A DNA stretch of 64,000 nucleotides from the NCBI GenBank assembly GCA_003971905.1, contig RSEE01000060.1, positions 310,001 to 374,000 of the forward strand. The letters are read 5' to 3'. Of this stretch, positions 24,254-36,075 are shown piece after piece. The first letter of the stretch is position 1; each line of letters begins with the position of its first letter. The DNA is from Moniliella sp. 'wahieum'. Lineage: Eukaryota. The position numbers and the translations under genes are program-made. The notes beneath the pieces were generated by a model that searched no databases, was not told the origin of the DNA, and worked only from the letters and a program-made list of their open reading frames with translations.

Positions 24254-24260
24254 TTATATA
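24254..24260 (-). promoter_or_regulatory. TATA box of the zinc-ribbon micro-gene
   Basis: TATATAA in a GC-rich context, about 100 nt upstream of the first splice donor. Confidence 0.55.
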
Positions 24261-27200
24261 GGCAGGGCGGGAGAGAGGGGCAGAGGGCGTAGCAGGCAGC
24301 GCCATTCCGTGATCGTCCAAGTTGGCGCCACTTGTGGCAGAGATCGATTATTTCGGACAGGGCGGCTCGGACGATCGATGAGTGGATATGGGTTGGGTTG
24401 GAGAGGGGATGAGATTGAGAGGCGGCTTCGCGCTGCTGAGCCGCTGTCAGGGCCTGCTGGGCGCTGGGCGCTGGACGCTCCAAGCTCCGAGGCTCAGGCG
24501 CTCACGTTGAGGCGCTCAGGCCTCAGGCGACGCTCCAGGCAAGCACGCGGAGGGCTGTTTTGGTGCGGTGCACCCTGGCCCAGGGGTGTTTCAGCGGGTG
24601 TGGTTCCTGACCCAATCAGGGATCCTGGGCCGAATCATCCATCCAGCTGTGACGCGTGGTACCGATGATCCGTCACGCGTCAAGCTTCAGCTTCCCGCTC
24701 CAGCTTCAAGCCAGACACTGATGTCGATGACTCGTTGCTGCAGATTCTTCGTCCCGAGCCAGTATACCTCCCGTGCGCCCGCTGCCCAGTCGGCTGACAC
24801 GCCGATTTGACATCCATCTCTTGCGCCGCTGGCCGAGTACGGAGAGTGAGAGTGTATAGCGGTTTGAATGTGGCCCGGCAAGCGCGGAGCCCCAAGAGTG
24901 GCGGGCGGGTTGGGCGTTGTTGGCGCTGGGCGCAGTGCGTGGTGTGCACTGGCCGCCCCGTCGCCCGACACAGGCCAAGCAGCAGACAGACACCCCCCCG
25001 CGCGCAGCACTGCTCTGCCCCTGCCACCTGCCCCCTCCAGCCCCCGGCTGAGGCTCAGCTTCAGCCCGCGCCGCCTCACACTGCCTCCGCGCCTCGAACG
25101 CACTGGCTCGCACTAGCTCAGTGTATATATACATCACTCCGGCGGCACAAGTAGTGCGCTGGTCAACGTTCAACCCTTCGTCTTGACAGCGCCGATTCAA
25201 CTCAAGGGTTGTAGAGATGTCTTCTGTACTCACTCTATTCCTGCTCCCCAGCCACCCCCCCCCCCCCCCGCTCCCGGACCTCACATGTCACTAGCACTGG
25301 CCTGACCGCCACCCCTATGATAGAAAGAAGTATAGCACACAGCTGCGCTTTGCTTACTACCCCGTGACTAATATATAATCATTTATCCCAATTCATTGAA
25401 CGTGACCCTCGGCAAACCAAGACAAAACCATACGTTGAACACGCAGACGACCTGGTCAGGCTATCCAGTGTCTGTCCTGGCAATCACATAGGCAGTCTCT
25501 CTCTCCTCACGCGTCACGCGTCACCCACGTTCGTGACGGTCGCCTAAGAGCGTGTGTTTCCCCCTCGCCTAAAAACAGCTATTACACCGAGCAATCCAAC
25601 AATGCCGTCTCCTGTTGCTCGGCCTGAAAGCGAGCACACAAATCGGACCCCAACGACCTCACCCGCCTATTGCACATGCACACATCGTGTGGACAGAAAA
25701 ATCAGTGGCGATGTCCCCGGACCCTACACGTCATCCGCCATTCCTCCACCGCACAAAACTTCTTCTCCATACTCTCCACACAGCAGCCAGACAACAACAG
25801 CATGATGGTGTGGCCTTGGCAATGTGGGACGGCATACAGTTCGAAGATTTGGACTACAGTGGGGATAAGGAAGAGGATCGATCGGATCACGCGTCATGAG
25901 CATTATACGCTTAGCCTGAGCGCTCGTCTTCTACAGCCCAGCAGCAAAACTGATAGGATTCCACCACGCTCACGACCTGCTTGTTACACTTGCACTTTAT
26001 CGTCCTGTGTGTACAAACAGCGATACTTCGACGGCTTGGCTTGGACGAAACGCCGGAACGCTTAATGGACCCCACGGAACGCTTCGCCGGACGTCGATGT
26101 ATCGATGATGCCAGATGATCGGTGACGATGATGACGTATGATGCATGATACATGACGTGTGATGTGTGACGCGCCTCCCGATTATGGCTTGCTCCTCCAG
26201 GGGCCTTGTGGTCGTACCCCTTGAGCGTCTGGTCCAGGGGTGGTGGATCCGAAGCGGCTCAGCCTACCGCCTCCTACGGCGTGCATGTCAGTACTTCGGA
26301 CTGGGAGTACGCAGCAGTGCTTGGTACTTAGCAGTTCACCAGTGCTGGTGAGACTCAGACTGAACGTACTCAGAATCAGTACCAGTATCAGTATGCTCGC
26401 ATGTCACATGTCACGCATATATGTCAAAATGTCACGCACGCCACAGGACTCAGTCGGAGGCCTTGGTCCGAGTGCGGCCGCGTGCCCGGCGCCACACCCT
26501 CCAGTCTCGGGTTCACGCGTTCACGATCAAAATGAACATATGCACGGCCCTGCCAGCCTTGTGGCTTTCTCGTGAATCATTAATCATTAATCATTAATCA
26601 TTGCGCCATGGCAGTCCGTTGGAGCCCCGCCGAGCCCCGCCGAGCCCCGCTGAGCCCCTAGGAGCATCGTGCATCCCACATCAGATCCATCAGACCCCGG
26701 GCTCAACAAGGCACCCGGTTCACGCGTCACATGCCACATATCACACTAGCTGCAAGCTCACGCGTTCACGCGATGCAAGTGATGCCTCCGCACTGGTCCG
26801 CTGGGCAGCCAGCAAGACAGGGGGCACATGGCCCTTTTCTTCGTTCCACCTGTTCCCGACACGCTCCAGCAGGCTCCAGCAGGCTCCAACAGACGCACGC
26901 CTTTGCGATCCGCCAGTGTGCCAGGGCCCCCGTCTGTCCCCTGCGCGCATGCCTCCACCAAAGACCCACAATACCCACACCACGCATCTTCACTGCAGTG
27001 GGTCCTGCTAGTCTGCTAGAATAGGACCTGTCACATGTCATGCGTCTCATGTGTCATGCATGCCACACATGGTCACTTGCCAGCGCATCAGCAACGCTGA
27101 AGCTTGACGAACAGAGGGACGGCGGGACTGTTGATGCCATCGAGCGTGAGGCTCAGCCTGAGCGCAACGAGAAGGGTGGGCGTGACGCGTGACGACCTGC

Positions 27201-29701
27201 CGAATCGTGAGGCGCTGAACTCGAGATCTCTGAAGTGTTCTGCTAAGGATCTCAAAGGGTGTCTACAGGTGTCCCCTTGCGCGGGGCCGTGGTAGAGCTG
27301 CTGTATGATATTTGAGTTCTGAGAGACTATGTACCGGCCAGCTCATCAACCATTTAGATCTTCAGCTTCGGTCCTGTCCTGCACGGCTGGCTGGTCCTGC
27401 ACCCGTCCCTGAGCGGGCCAATGAAAATCGTCCGCGCCACACTGCGCGTCACGCGCGTCATGCATCAGGCCTCAGGCTGAGGCCTCAGGCGTCGCCGTCA
27501 CGCGTCACGAGGACACTAGTCACCGCCACCGGGTCACCACCGGGTTTTCTACGATCTAAGATCTAAAGCTCCGTGCGGCTTGAGCAAAAATCTGGTGGCT
27601 ACCAACATGTAAACGCTAAGCATGCAAGTACGGAGAAGTAATTAGTGCTTGTACAACTACGTGTCGATTCCGACCCTGACATACTAAGCCCCTCGGTTTG
27701 ACACGTGCTCTTATTTCGATCTTATTCAGCTTCAAGCTTTACCCTTCAGCTCCGCCTGAGACTGCGGGGGGGGTTAGGTGGCTAAAGGAGGCTCAGAAGA
27801 TTTCACAGATGTTTTCGCCAGGAGTACGGCATGTCGCAATGTGGCGCTCTGTGGGGCTGGGGTTGTCGAGCTGTCCATCTATACAACACGTATTCCCCAC
27901 CCACCATGCTCTTATGCCTTTCCTGAGACCCTCAGACTCAGAAGGTTCAGGGTCAGATTGAACAATCGCCTAACCCGATCTAGTATACCGATCCGACGCG
28001 CCATGCACATAGTATGTTCGGCTCGCGCCTCAGGCTGATGCATGCAGTATGGTTCGACCGCAAGACACACATGTAGGCCGCCGGCGCACCACTGGCGCAC
28101 CCCTTCCTTCGGATTGATTACTGAGATGACTGATTTTTGATTCTTCCGACGCCCCTTGTGCGCGCGTTTGCGTATCTAGATTCACCACCCTGCGCTCCGT
28201 AGGTCTCCCGCCTACTGTCTGAGTCTGACCGTGAGCGCCTAAGCGTCTGAGAGTTGGGGCTTGGGCCAGGGCAGGAAAAACGGGAGGAGTAGACGTTCGG
28301 CCGAAGGGCCAGGGGGCTGAATAATGAAAAGTGAATAGTGAATAGTGAATGCCATCGAGGGCTTGTCCCGCGCACGGGGCAACACAACCGGAAGATTGGC
28401 GGTGCTAAGTTCTGTCAAGCTTCAAGCCTTTTCAAGCTTTGGCAAAAAGCTTTTCAAGCTTCAAGCTTCAAGCTTATTCAAAACGTTTTGAGTTTCTACG
28501 TCCAAGGTCCAAGGACTACTACTTTAACTTCCAACTCCTCTGTACCCCAGATGGGTGTGGGCGCAATTAATGAGCAAGGAAGGAAATGCTACAGGAAGCA
28601 TGAAGCTACATTGACTAACTAAGCGTGAGGACAAGAGACTATCTCAGTGGGGAGCACCAGAGCGCAGACCAGCTTGGTAATGCATTGACTAACTAAGCGT
28701 GAGCTCCAGTGTAAGATAGGAAAACGGGGGGTATGACTTAATGGTCTACCATCCAAACCCTTGTCCCCACCCTTGTCCACCCTCCTGCCCAACCGCCCGC
28801 GCAAAAGCGAAGAGATGCGCCCAGGCGAAGGTGTGTGCCGCCGGCCGAGGAACCATTATGATGCCACAAACCATGTCACAGTACTAAATCTCCACCGTTG
28901 CTCCCTCTGGTCTCTTGCCGCCAATCTCGCCAAGGGTTTTCTCCTTTCGTTCTTGATTTCTTTCTTCGTTCTTTATGTTCTCTATACTCCACAAGCTCCT
29001 CGAAGCCTGGCGACGCCTCTTTTCCCGCCCTATAATATCGCCCCCCTTTCTGTCGCCTCGACGGGAGGACGGACATGGGGGCAGTGCGGGATGGATGGGA
29101 TCTCGCTACCGCTATCGTTACTGCTACGCTACCGTCTGGGCCGTGCACCATGCTTCCATCTTCTACCTTCCACCTTCTACCTTCCACCTTGCTACTTCCA
29201 AACAACGTCCACCGTCCAACTTGGCGCAGCAACGTTTCACGTGAGAGCAGTAACATTTCCCCGCCAAAAACGAGCGGGTGGTAGGAGGAACGCTACTGGG
29301 GGGCGTGCTCGTTCCCCTGGCCAAGGTCACGGCCGTACGGGGCACATGGGAGAACCACCAGGTGGGTCGCTAGGCCAGGGGAAGAGAGAGAGGGTCGTGG
29401 CGTAAATCACTAGAGGGCAAACAAAAAAAACAAATGCAGCAGCGGAGCAAGACGAGAAGAAGAGAGAGTCGTCCACGTCCCCGTAAACGGGAGGCAGGAT
29501 CAGAAGAAAAGAGAAAAGAGAAAAAAAAGGGTAAAAACAAAGGAGACGATGATCTATCGGGCGGTTGGTGCGAGAGGGCCATGAGCCAACTGAGCCAACG
29601 CGGCCAAGCTCCGACTGCAGGCGGCCGAGAGGAGAGAGGGGGGGGGGGGGGGGGGGGGAAGCAGTGTCCTTTTGTTTGGTAAGGGAACGAGCGGGACACG
29701 T

Positions 29702-31221
29702 TTACTTGCTTAAAAGCGTATGAATCTCCGAGAGGATCCCGAGGCCTTGGCGGGCAGGAGCGCGGGCTGGGTCTTCGCCCACCCGGAGCGTATCAGGCAA
29801 AGCGGGTTGGCTTGGTTTGGGTCCGGCCCAGGGGAAAGGGAGGTACTCTTGCAAGTATTCAAACGACACAAGGGTTGCGCCGAATTGGGGTGAGGAGCGT
29901 AGGACACGAGCGAGGGCCCTTGAAGAATGCTTTGGGACCTTCTTGGACCAAAATTTTGCCAAAGCAGTCGGTGATGCCCTTGTACGTGGCTTGGCCCTTA
30001 CGGGCTTCGACTTGCAACCGCGTTTTGATCACGTCGGCCGGCGTGGTGAAAAAGGCGGCGGGCATACCACTGATCGACGCGGCCGCCAACATTTCCCACC
30101 CAAACGACAGTTTCTTGCCATTCTTGCCCTCGTGAAACGTGTCCTTTTCAGATGCGCATAGGCAGGGAAGTAGATCGCACTAAATGGAATGTCCCAGCAG
30201 CACGCTCCAGCACCTTTGTACAGTCCACGAAGACCCAAGTCTTTCACAATCTGCCCGGCACCCAGCTTTTTGACCCCTTCCACCTTGGCCAACTCTCCCT
30301 GAACTTGAAGACGGATCTTGACAATCTCTGAAGGTCATACAGGTTAGCTGTCTTCCTGTCACTCATAGGGGTGGGACCCGGATGATAAGAGGAGAGAGCT
30401 GGCGCGTGGAATAGGAGAGAAATCAAATCGGAATCGGAATCGGAATGGAGATGTATATACAAAACAAAGAAGAAAAAATGTATAGAAGACGTACCCAACG
30501 GATTGGTAAAGATGACTTGGCACCCTCCCGCCGAGCCACCAGCGACCAACTCCCACTTGAGCGCAATCTCTCCTGTGTGAGGGTCCGTGGTCTTGGACCG
30601 AATCAGATCATTGACCGTCAACTTGATAGCCTTTCCGGTGCGACGCCAATGAGTTGTGGGCCCAGTCCCGAATAAAACCCGAGAAAGCCCTCGTTACGAA
30701 ACACTTTGCCAACACAGTCCAACGAGTTTTTGTACATCGCCGCCTCGCCCACGGGAGCACGCTGGTTTTGCATCCGCGTCTTGACCAGGTCAATGGGATA
30801 GACCAGCGTCGCACCGACCGATCCTGCCACGCCACCAAGCAAAGTGGTACACAGCATGGGCTAGGTCGTACAGCAAGCCACGCCGTGTTGGTGGGGCATC
30901 ACCAGGGGTAGAGGTAGAGGCAGCAGTAGACAGTGGGGTCCTTTTGGTTTTGGTTTTGGTTTTGGTTTTGGTCGTGCCCCGCCGCGGGAGGTGAAGGACG
31001 CGAGGGGGCAAAGTCATCTTGGATGGCGAGCTGGTGATGGAGGCGTGCCGGGTGAGCGGGGTCCTTGTTCTCCGCATAGCTCACCCCGCCCCCGAGCTGC
31101 TGGAAGCGGTGCAGACGCTCCGTAAGCGCGCATTGTCCCCCTCGGTGCGGAAGGTGGCAGTGAGGAGGAACGGGGGCTGCTCCTCGCACAGCAGCGGCTT
31201 GGTCTGGGGGAAAAAGATCAT
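29702..31221 (-). CDS. AGC1: Mitochondrial aspartate/glutamate carrier (AGC1/aralar-citrin family) with a short N-terminal extension; frameshifted
   Basis: [59 protein letters not shown] across intron 30494-30328 (GTACGT/CTAAC/CAG); [48 protein letters not shown]. Confidence 0.93.
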
Positions 31222-33169
31222 TGAGCGTGGTGGAAAGCCAAGACAGAACGGGGCGCTGCGTCTCCAAGAAAGGGGCAACACAAGGTCAACCTGAGCAACG
31301 GTGGGAGGGGGGAGGGGGGACACACGAGGTGGGCGGCGCACGCTAATTGCTAATCGCTAGCCGTCGGTACTGTGCGGCTTTTCCTTTTCCCCTCGGCTTC
31401 GGGCCAGCGCCTGGTTGGGCCCTTGTTTGCGCTGCTGAGCCTCAACGCTCAGCGGCTCAGTACCCCCCACAGCGACACCGCCACCGCCTATAGATAGCCA
31501 TACAGGACACACGACCCCCGCGCCCACTCCCCCTCCTGGCCTTAGCGCACGTTACGCGTCACGCGGTACTAGTTACTAGTTATTAGTTACTGGCCCCTCG
31601 GCCCCCCACACTGGCGCCAGGCCGAGGGCGGAGAGCTGCTGCGCCCACGGCGGCTGCGGCGACAAGGTACGAGGGACTATTAGTGACTAGTACCACGCTC
31701 AGCCGGAGCGGCCCCTGTGCCCTTTAATTGTTGCGGATGGCTGCGGTGTCCCCTGGCGCTGCGAATGTTCTGGTAGCTCTGGGCTCAAGGGGAGCGCCCA
31801 TCTCATCGTCAGCGCGTCAGCTTCTTGTTTGTTCCATGCAACGTGGCCGACCCAACCGCGGAAACAACGGGTAGCCCTGGGTTCACGTCGGGCATCAACT
31901 TTCAAATGCATCGAATGAGGTAGGAACGGTACCTACGCGTGTTAGTTATCCGGTAACGCGTAACGCGTAACGTTTAACCCCCGCTTCTGTTCCGCCAGCG
32001 CCCCCAGGGGGAAAAGCGGGCAGACGCCCACCCACACAGGCAGTGGCGCAGCAGGGCGCAGCAGGCGTAGGCGCCCTCCCATACCTGAAGCCCACGGGGG
32101 GTACTCGCTCCTAGCGCCTAGCGCAGCGTCACGCATCCACCTAGTAGCTCGGCCCAGTTACCATCAGTTCCGTCATTCTGAGTATTATATCCTCTCGAGA
32201 GCATGGTTCGGTGCCAATCAATAGAATACGTACGAACATGACTAGTTTGAAGCTAGCCCCGGCGCCTCTCTAGCTTTCACTTACAGTACCATCTGCTTAG
32301 ACCATCGCGACCGCAAGACCAGTCGCGCGAGCCTCTCTCTGATCGATGGAGAGGGCTATTGTTGTTGGCACAGAGGTGACGATCACGCATGTTGATCGCA
32401 GTGAGGCCTGAGGTGATCATCTCGATGATGCATCTGCCTCGCACGCTCCCACCCACGCCGTGATCAGGGGGACTGCCAGTGTAGTAACGGTAAAATGACA
32501 GTGGTACGGGTAATGGTACTGAGGTACTGAGACTGCGGTATTGAGGTACTGGCGTACTGGGGTGCTGCCGAGGGATAAAAGTAGTGTATACGGAGGCGAG
32601 ACCGGTGGGGCAACAGGGTGGAGCGGGGACAGGAAGGAGAGGAACAGGGACAGGGATAGGGCAGATATGTATGGGGTTAGGGGTTTGGTGGGGGAGAGAA
32701 AACAGACTGCACATCTTGGCCGGCAAGACGGTGTGTGTGTTCTTTTTTTGTGGATGTAGGAAGGGGAAGAGAGAGGAAAGGAGACTGGGCGACGAGGTAG
32801 AAATGGGCAAAGACAACAAGCAAAAAGCAAAAAGCAAATAGCAAAAAAGCAAATAGCAAATAGCAAATAGCATCCAGGCAGAAGAGATGATCAATGTTGC
32901 CCGGCTTTTGCCATGCAAAAATCAGTACCCAAGTGCCCAGTGAGGAAGGGCTGGAGAGAGAGAGAGAGAATCGAGAAGGCACACACTCTCTTCGCATCGC
33001 ATATTCCCCCTGGAAAGGCAGAGTGCAGGAGTGCCGACCTCACCCCGCGCTGCCACGCGCTCATAAGGGCATGGACTGGAGATGGTCATGGAGCTGGGGA
33101 TGGAAACGGGAAAAGAAGGAGAGAGAGAAGAAGAAGAAGAGGAGCAGTGTGGTGCAGCTCTTGAGAGGC

Positions 33170-33444
33170 TCATCGGCCGCTGGACCGCTCGGTCCATACG
33201 GCCGTCGAGGAAATGCATCCCAGAACTTGCATTCGGACCAGAGCGGCGAAACGCGCAGCCGGCAGTGCGGGCAGATCTTCATTGGTGGTTGCGACCTGGG
33301 CAAGAAGACAAACAGGAAACGGAAACGGAAGCAAAAAAACAGTGCGTCGGTGCCCATGGGGATAATAGCGGGAGAATCGAGAGAGAGAGTCAGCGCATGC
33401 CTATGATGGCAGATAGACAAGAAGGGGCACAAGACGTACGACAT
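33170..33444 (-). CDS. Spliced zinc-ribbon-like microprotein MSSQPPMKICPHCRLRVSPLWSECKF[C]GCISSTAVWTERSSGR (one base restored); uncorrected it reads on to 33061
   Basis: CCACC-ATG at 33444; intron 33439-33296 (GTACGT/CTGAC/polypyrimidine CAG) splices in frame. TTCTGGGATGC needs +1 nt to give TTC TGY GGA TGC, which completes CxxC-x10-CxxC. Confidence 0.55.
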
Positions 33445-36075
33445 GGTGGGTCTGCTTGCGGGGGGGGGGGGAGCGAAGAGAGGTGAGGGGTGCGGTGGGG
33501 TGCGGGGGACTAAGCGTTAAACGTAACCGGTAACCGTTAAGCGGTACTCGGTTCCAGTATCGCTCCAAACCAGGGAGACAAAACAGAGGGCCGCAAGGGA
33601 AGAAGAGCAAAGGCTCTCGGAGAGAAAAGGCTGGACAGAACAAGGTGTGGTACAGCAAAGGGGAACGCCAAGGAGGGGACAGAAGCGCTGAGCGGCCTGC
33701 TGCGCACTCCCCACACTGTTCAAAGATATATTGCCGAGGGGGGGTGAAGTTGGCGCTGAGGAGCCACTAGTCAACCAGTCACTAGGCCTTGGGTAGTGGG
33801 TTAGTCGTATGGGCCAGGGTGGGTGCGAGAGTCGTGGCGGTGTGATGGGTGATGGGTGGTGGGAAGGATGACGGGATGCGGTGTGGCGCCGGGTGAGGCG
33901 AGCGGCGCAGCGCAGGCTGCATGCGCTCAGCAGCTCCGTAGCATGCAGCATGCCGGCATGCCAGAGGTGTGAGCGTTGCGGAGCCCAGGTGGGGCGACGC
34001 ATCGGGCGTAGTCTACGCCCTAGAGCAGACACAGCACCAAGGCACAGCGCAACGCACTGGTAACGCACTGGTAACGCACTGGTCCTGCCGGCATAAGACG
34101 GAGGGATGATCGATGAATACGGATTCGATGGATGATGGAGGTTTCCCTGTCGATGATTATGCCAGGCGCCGCCGTCGCCTGTGGTGAGCCTGTGGTTGAA
34201 CCTTGGCTCAAAGCCAGTGCGCCCCACACTGGTACCAAACGCTAGAGCCCCACGGAGTACCGAGTTGAAGACTCATCACAGCCAGCATGCTCTGCAGCCC
34301 GACGGACACATGTTGCATCGTCGTGGCGTTGGGATTAGTTTTGGAGGGGAGATGCGGCAAGAGCAAGGCCTATAAGGGGGGCGCAATGCACCATCCCAGG
34401 AGGGGGGGGTAGTCAACGTGCCATCCGAAGCGAAGAGGGGAGGGAATCGCAGAGGGACGAAGCTGGAAGCTCGAAACTCGAAGCTGGATGTGCGATGTAC
34501 ACAAAGGGCGCGTTAGTGAGTACTGTGTGCGTTGGAACGTTGGTCAGCTCGGATCTCAGAATGGTTGGCTGCGCAGCATCACACATCACGTGTCGATCAA
34601 CGCAGTTCGTGCCACATGCCACGTGACATGCGACATGTGATGCATGTGACATGTATGTGACCTACTCGGTTCTCGGGCCTCGCACTTCGCCCCGCGCCAC
34701 ACCAGTGCCACAACTCTCTCGTGTCACATGCGTCACACGGCTCTTCACCTGCCCTGCTGCACAAGAGGGGCGTGGCTGCCAATTAATTACACTGCTCCCT
34801 CGTCGTTCCACGGTCCAGGTCCAACGTCACCAGCCACCTTTTTTTCTCTCTGACTGGATGACCTTTCTTACTAGTTACTGTCCATCCTCTCTTCCGCTCC
34901 GTTCCGCCTTGCCCGGTGCACGCGCCCAACCGGCGCCGGGACCTTTTCCTACAAGTATACTGGGTGGGTTTGGGCGCGGGGAGGACGCTGTTTTGTTGCG
35001 TGTGGGGTTGTGAGATGGTAGATAACTTTGCTGACCAGCCGACGCGGGAAGCGCTTGTACAGCAGATGACTGGTGAGGATGGACGACGAGAGAACATGGC
35101 CAGGGAGAGATGGGAGCCCGAGAGATTGCTGACCGACTGAACGAGCTGATGGTGGAGCCCAGGGAAGGACGTCGCGGGGCGTACTGAGCCACTGACTTCG
35201 GACCCCGCGGAGGGCTCGGGCTGAGCGCTTGAGCCTGCTGAGGCTCAGCGCGCAGTCCTCGGGGCCGCACAGCCCCGCAAGGCAGAGAAGCCGACGCCAG
35301 GCAGGTGCGACTGCCATGCACAAGCACATGGCCATCATGCACATCATGCATTACATGCTCACAGGCCGCATGCCCAGTCGCACGAGCACTGACGTCACTC
35401 GCGTCACTAGCACTAAGCACTAAGCGCTAAGCCCTCCCGCCGACATGCCGGTGAGGCATGCAGCCATCGCACACTCGACTGGCTGGCTGTTCTCGGCAGT
35501 CGAAAACTTTCCCAATCCAGTGTTCGGTGTACCCTACGCACTCAGCCTGAGTATGAGGGCGCACATGGCGCCAAGCCGGTCCGACTGCGCGCTCCATGGC
35601 CCTCGCTGAGTCGCCTGCGGCCCCGCAGCCTGGCTGCCCCCCGCCGCAGAAGCTACCGGAGCATGCGCGGCTGCGCGCCTGCGCACCCGCGGAGGCGGCT
35701 GGTCGTTGGTTGGCGTTTTGCCCCCCTCCCCCTCACCGCTCGCATGCATCATGCATCATGCATCACATGCATCATGCACATCGGCGATCCTGCCTCCGTG
35801 CATCCGAATCAGCAGTCACCGGCATCACGCCTGCGTACTCCGTGCCGCAGCACGCAGCAGGCCCGTGTGCGAGTCACCGGTCACCTGACATAGTCACCGC
35901 CGCCGCCCCCGCCAATCTCCAATGTTCAGTTCAGCGCATCCAGCCGCTGCGCCCCCTGCCTGCGCCCCGCCCGCGCTGCCGGCCGCTTCTGGGCGTGCTT
36001 TTGAGCATTCGCACCTTGGTGCGTCGCACGCTTCCTGCGTCCCCCCCCACCACCCCTCCCGCCTCCTGTGCCGCC

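Noticed and set aside
14800..29600. Transposable elements in the long gene-poor intervals
   Set aside because: No reverse transcriptase, integrase, transposase or gag motifs, LTR pairs or terminal inverted repeats were recognisable by eye.
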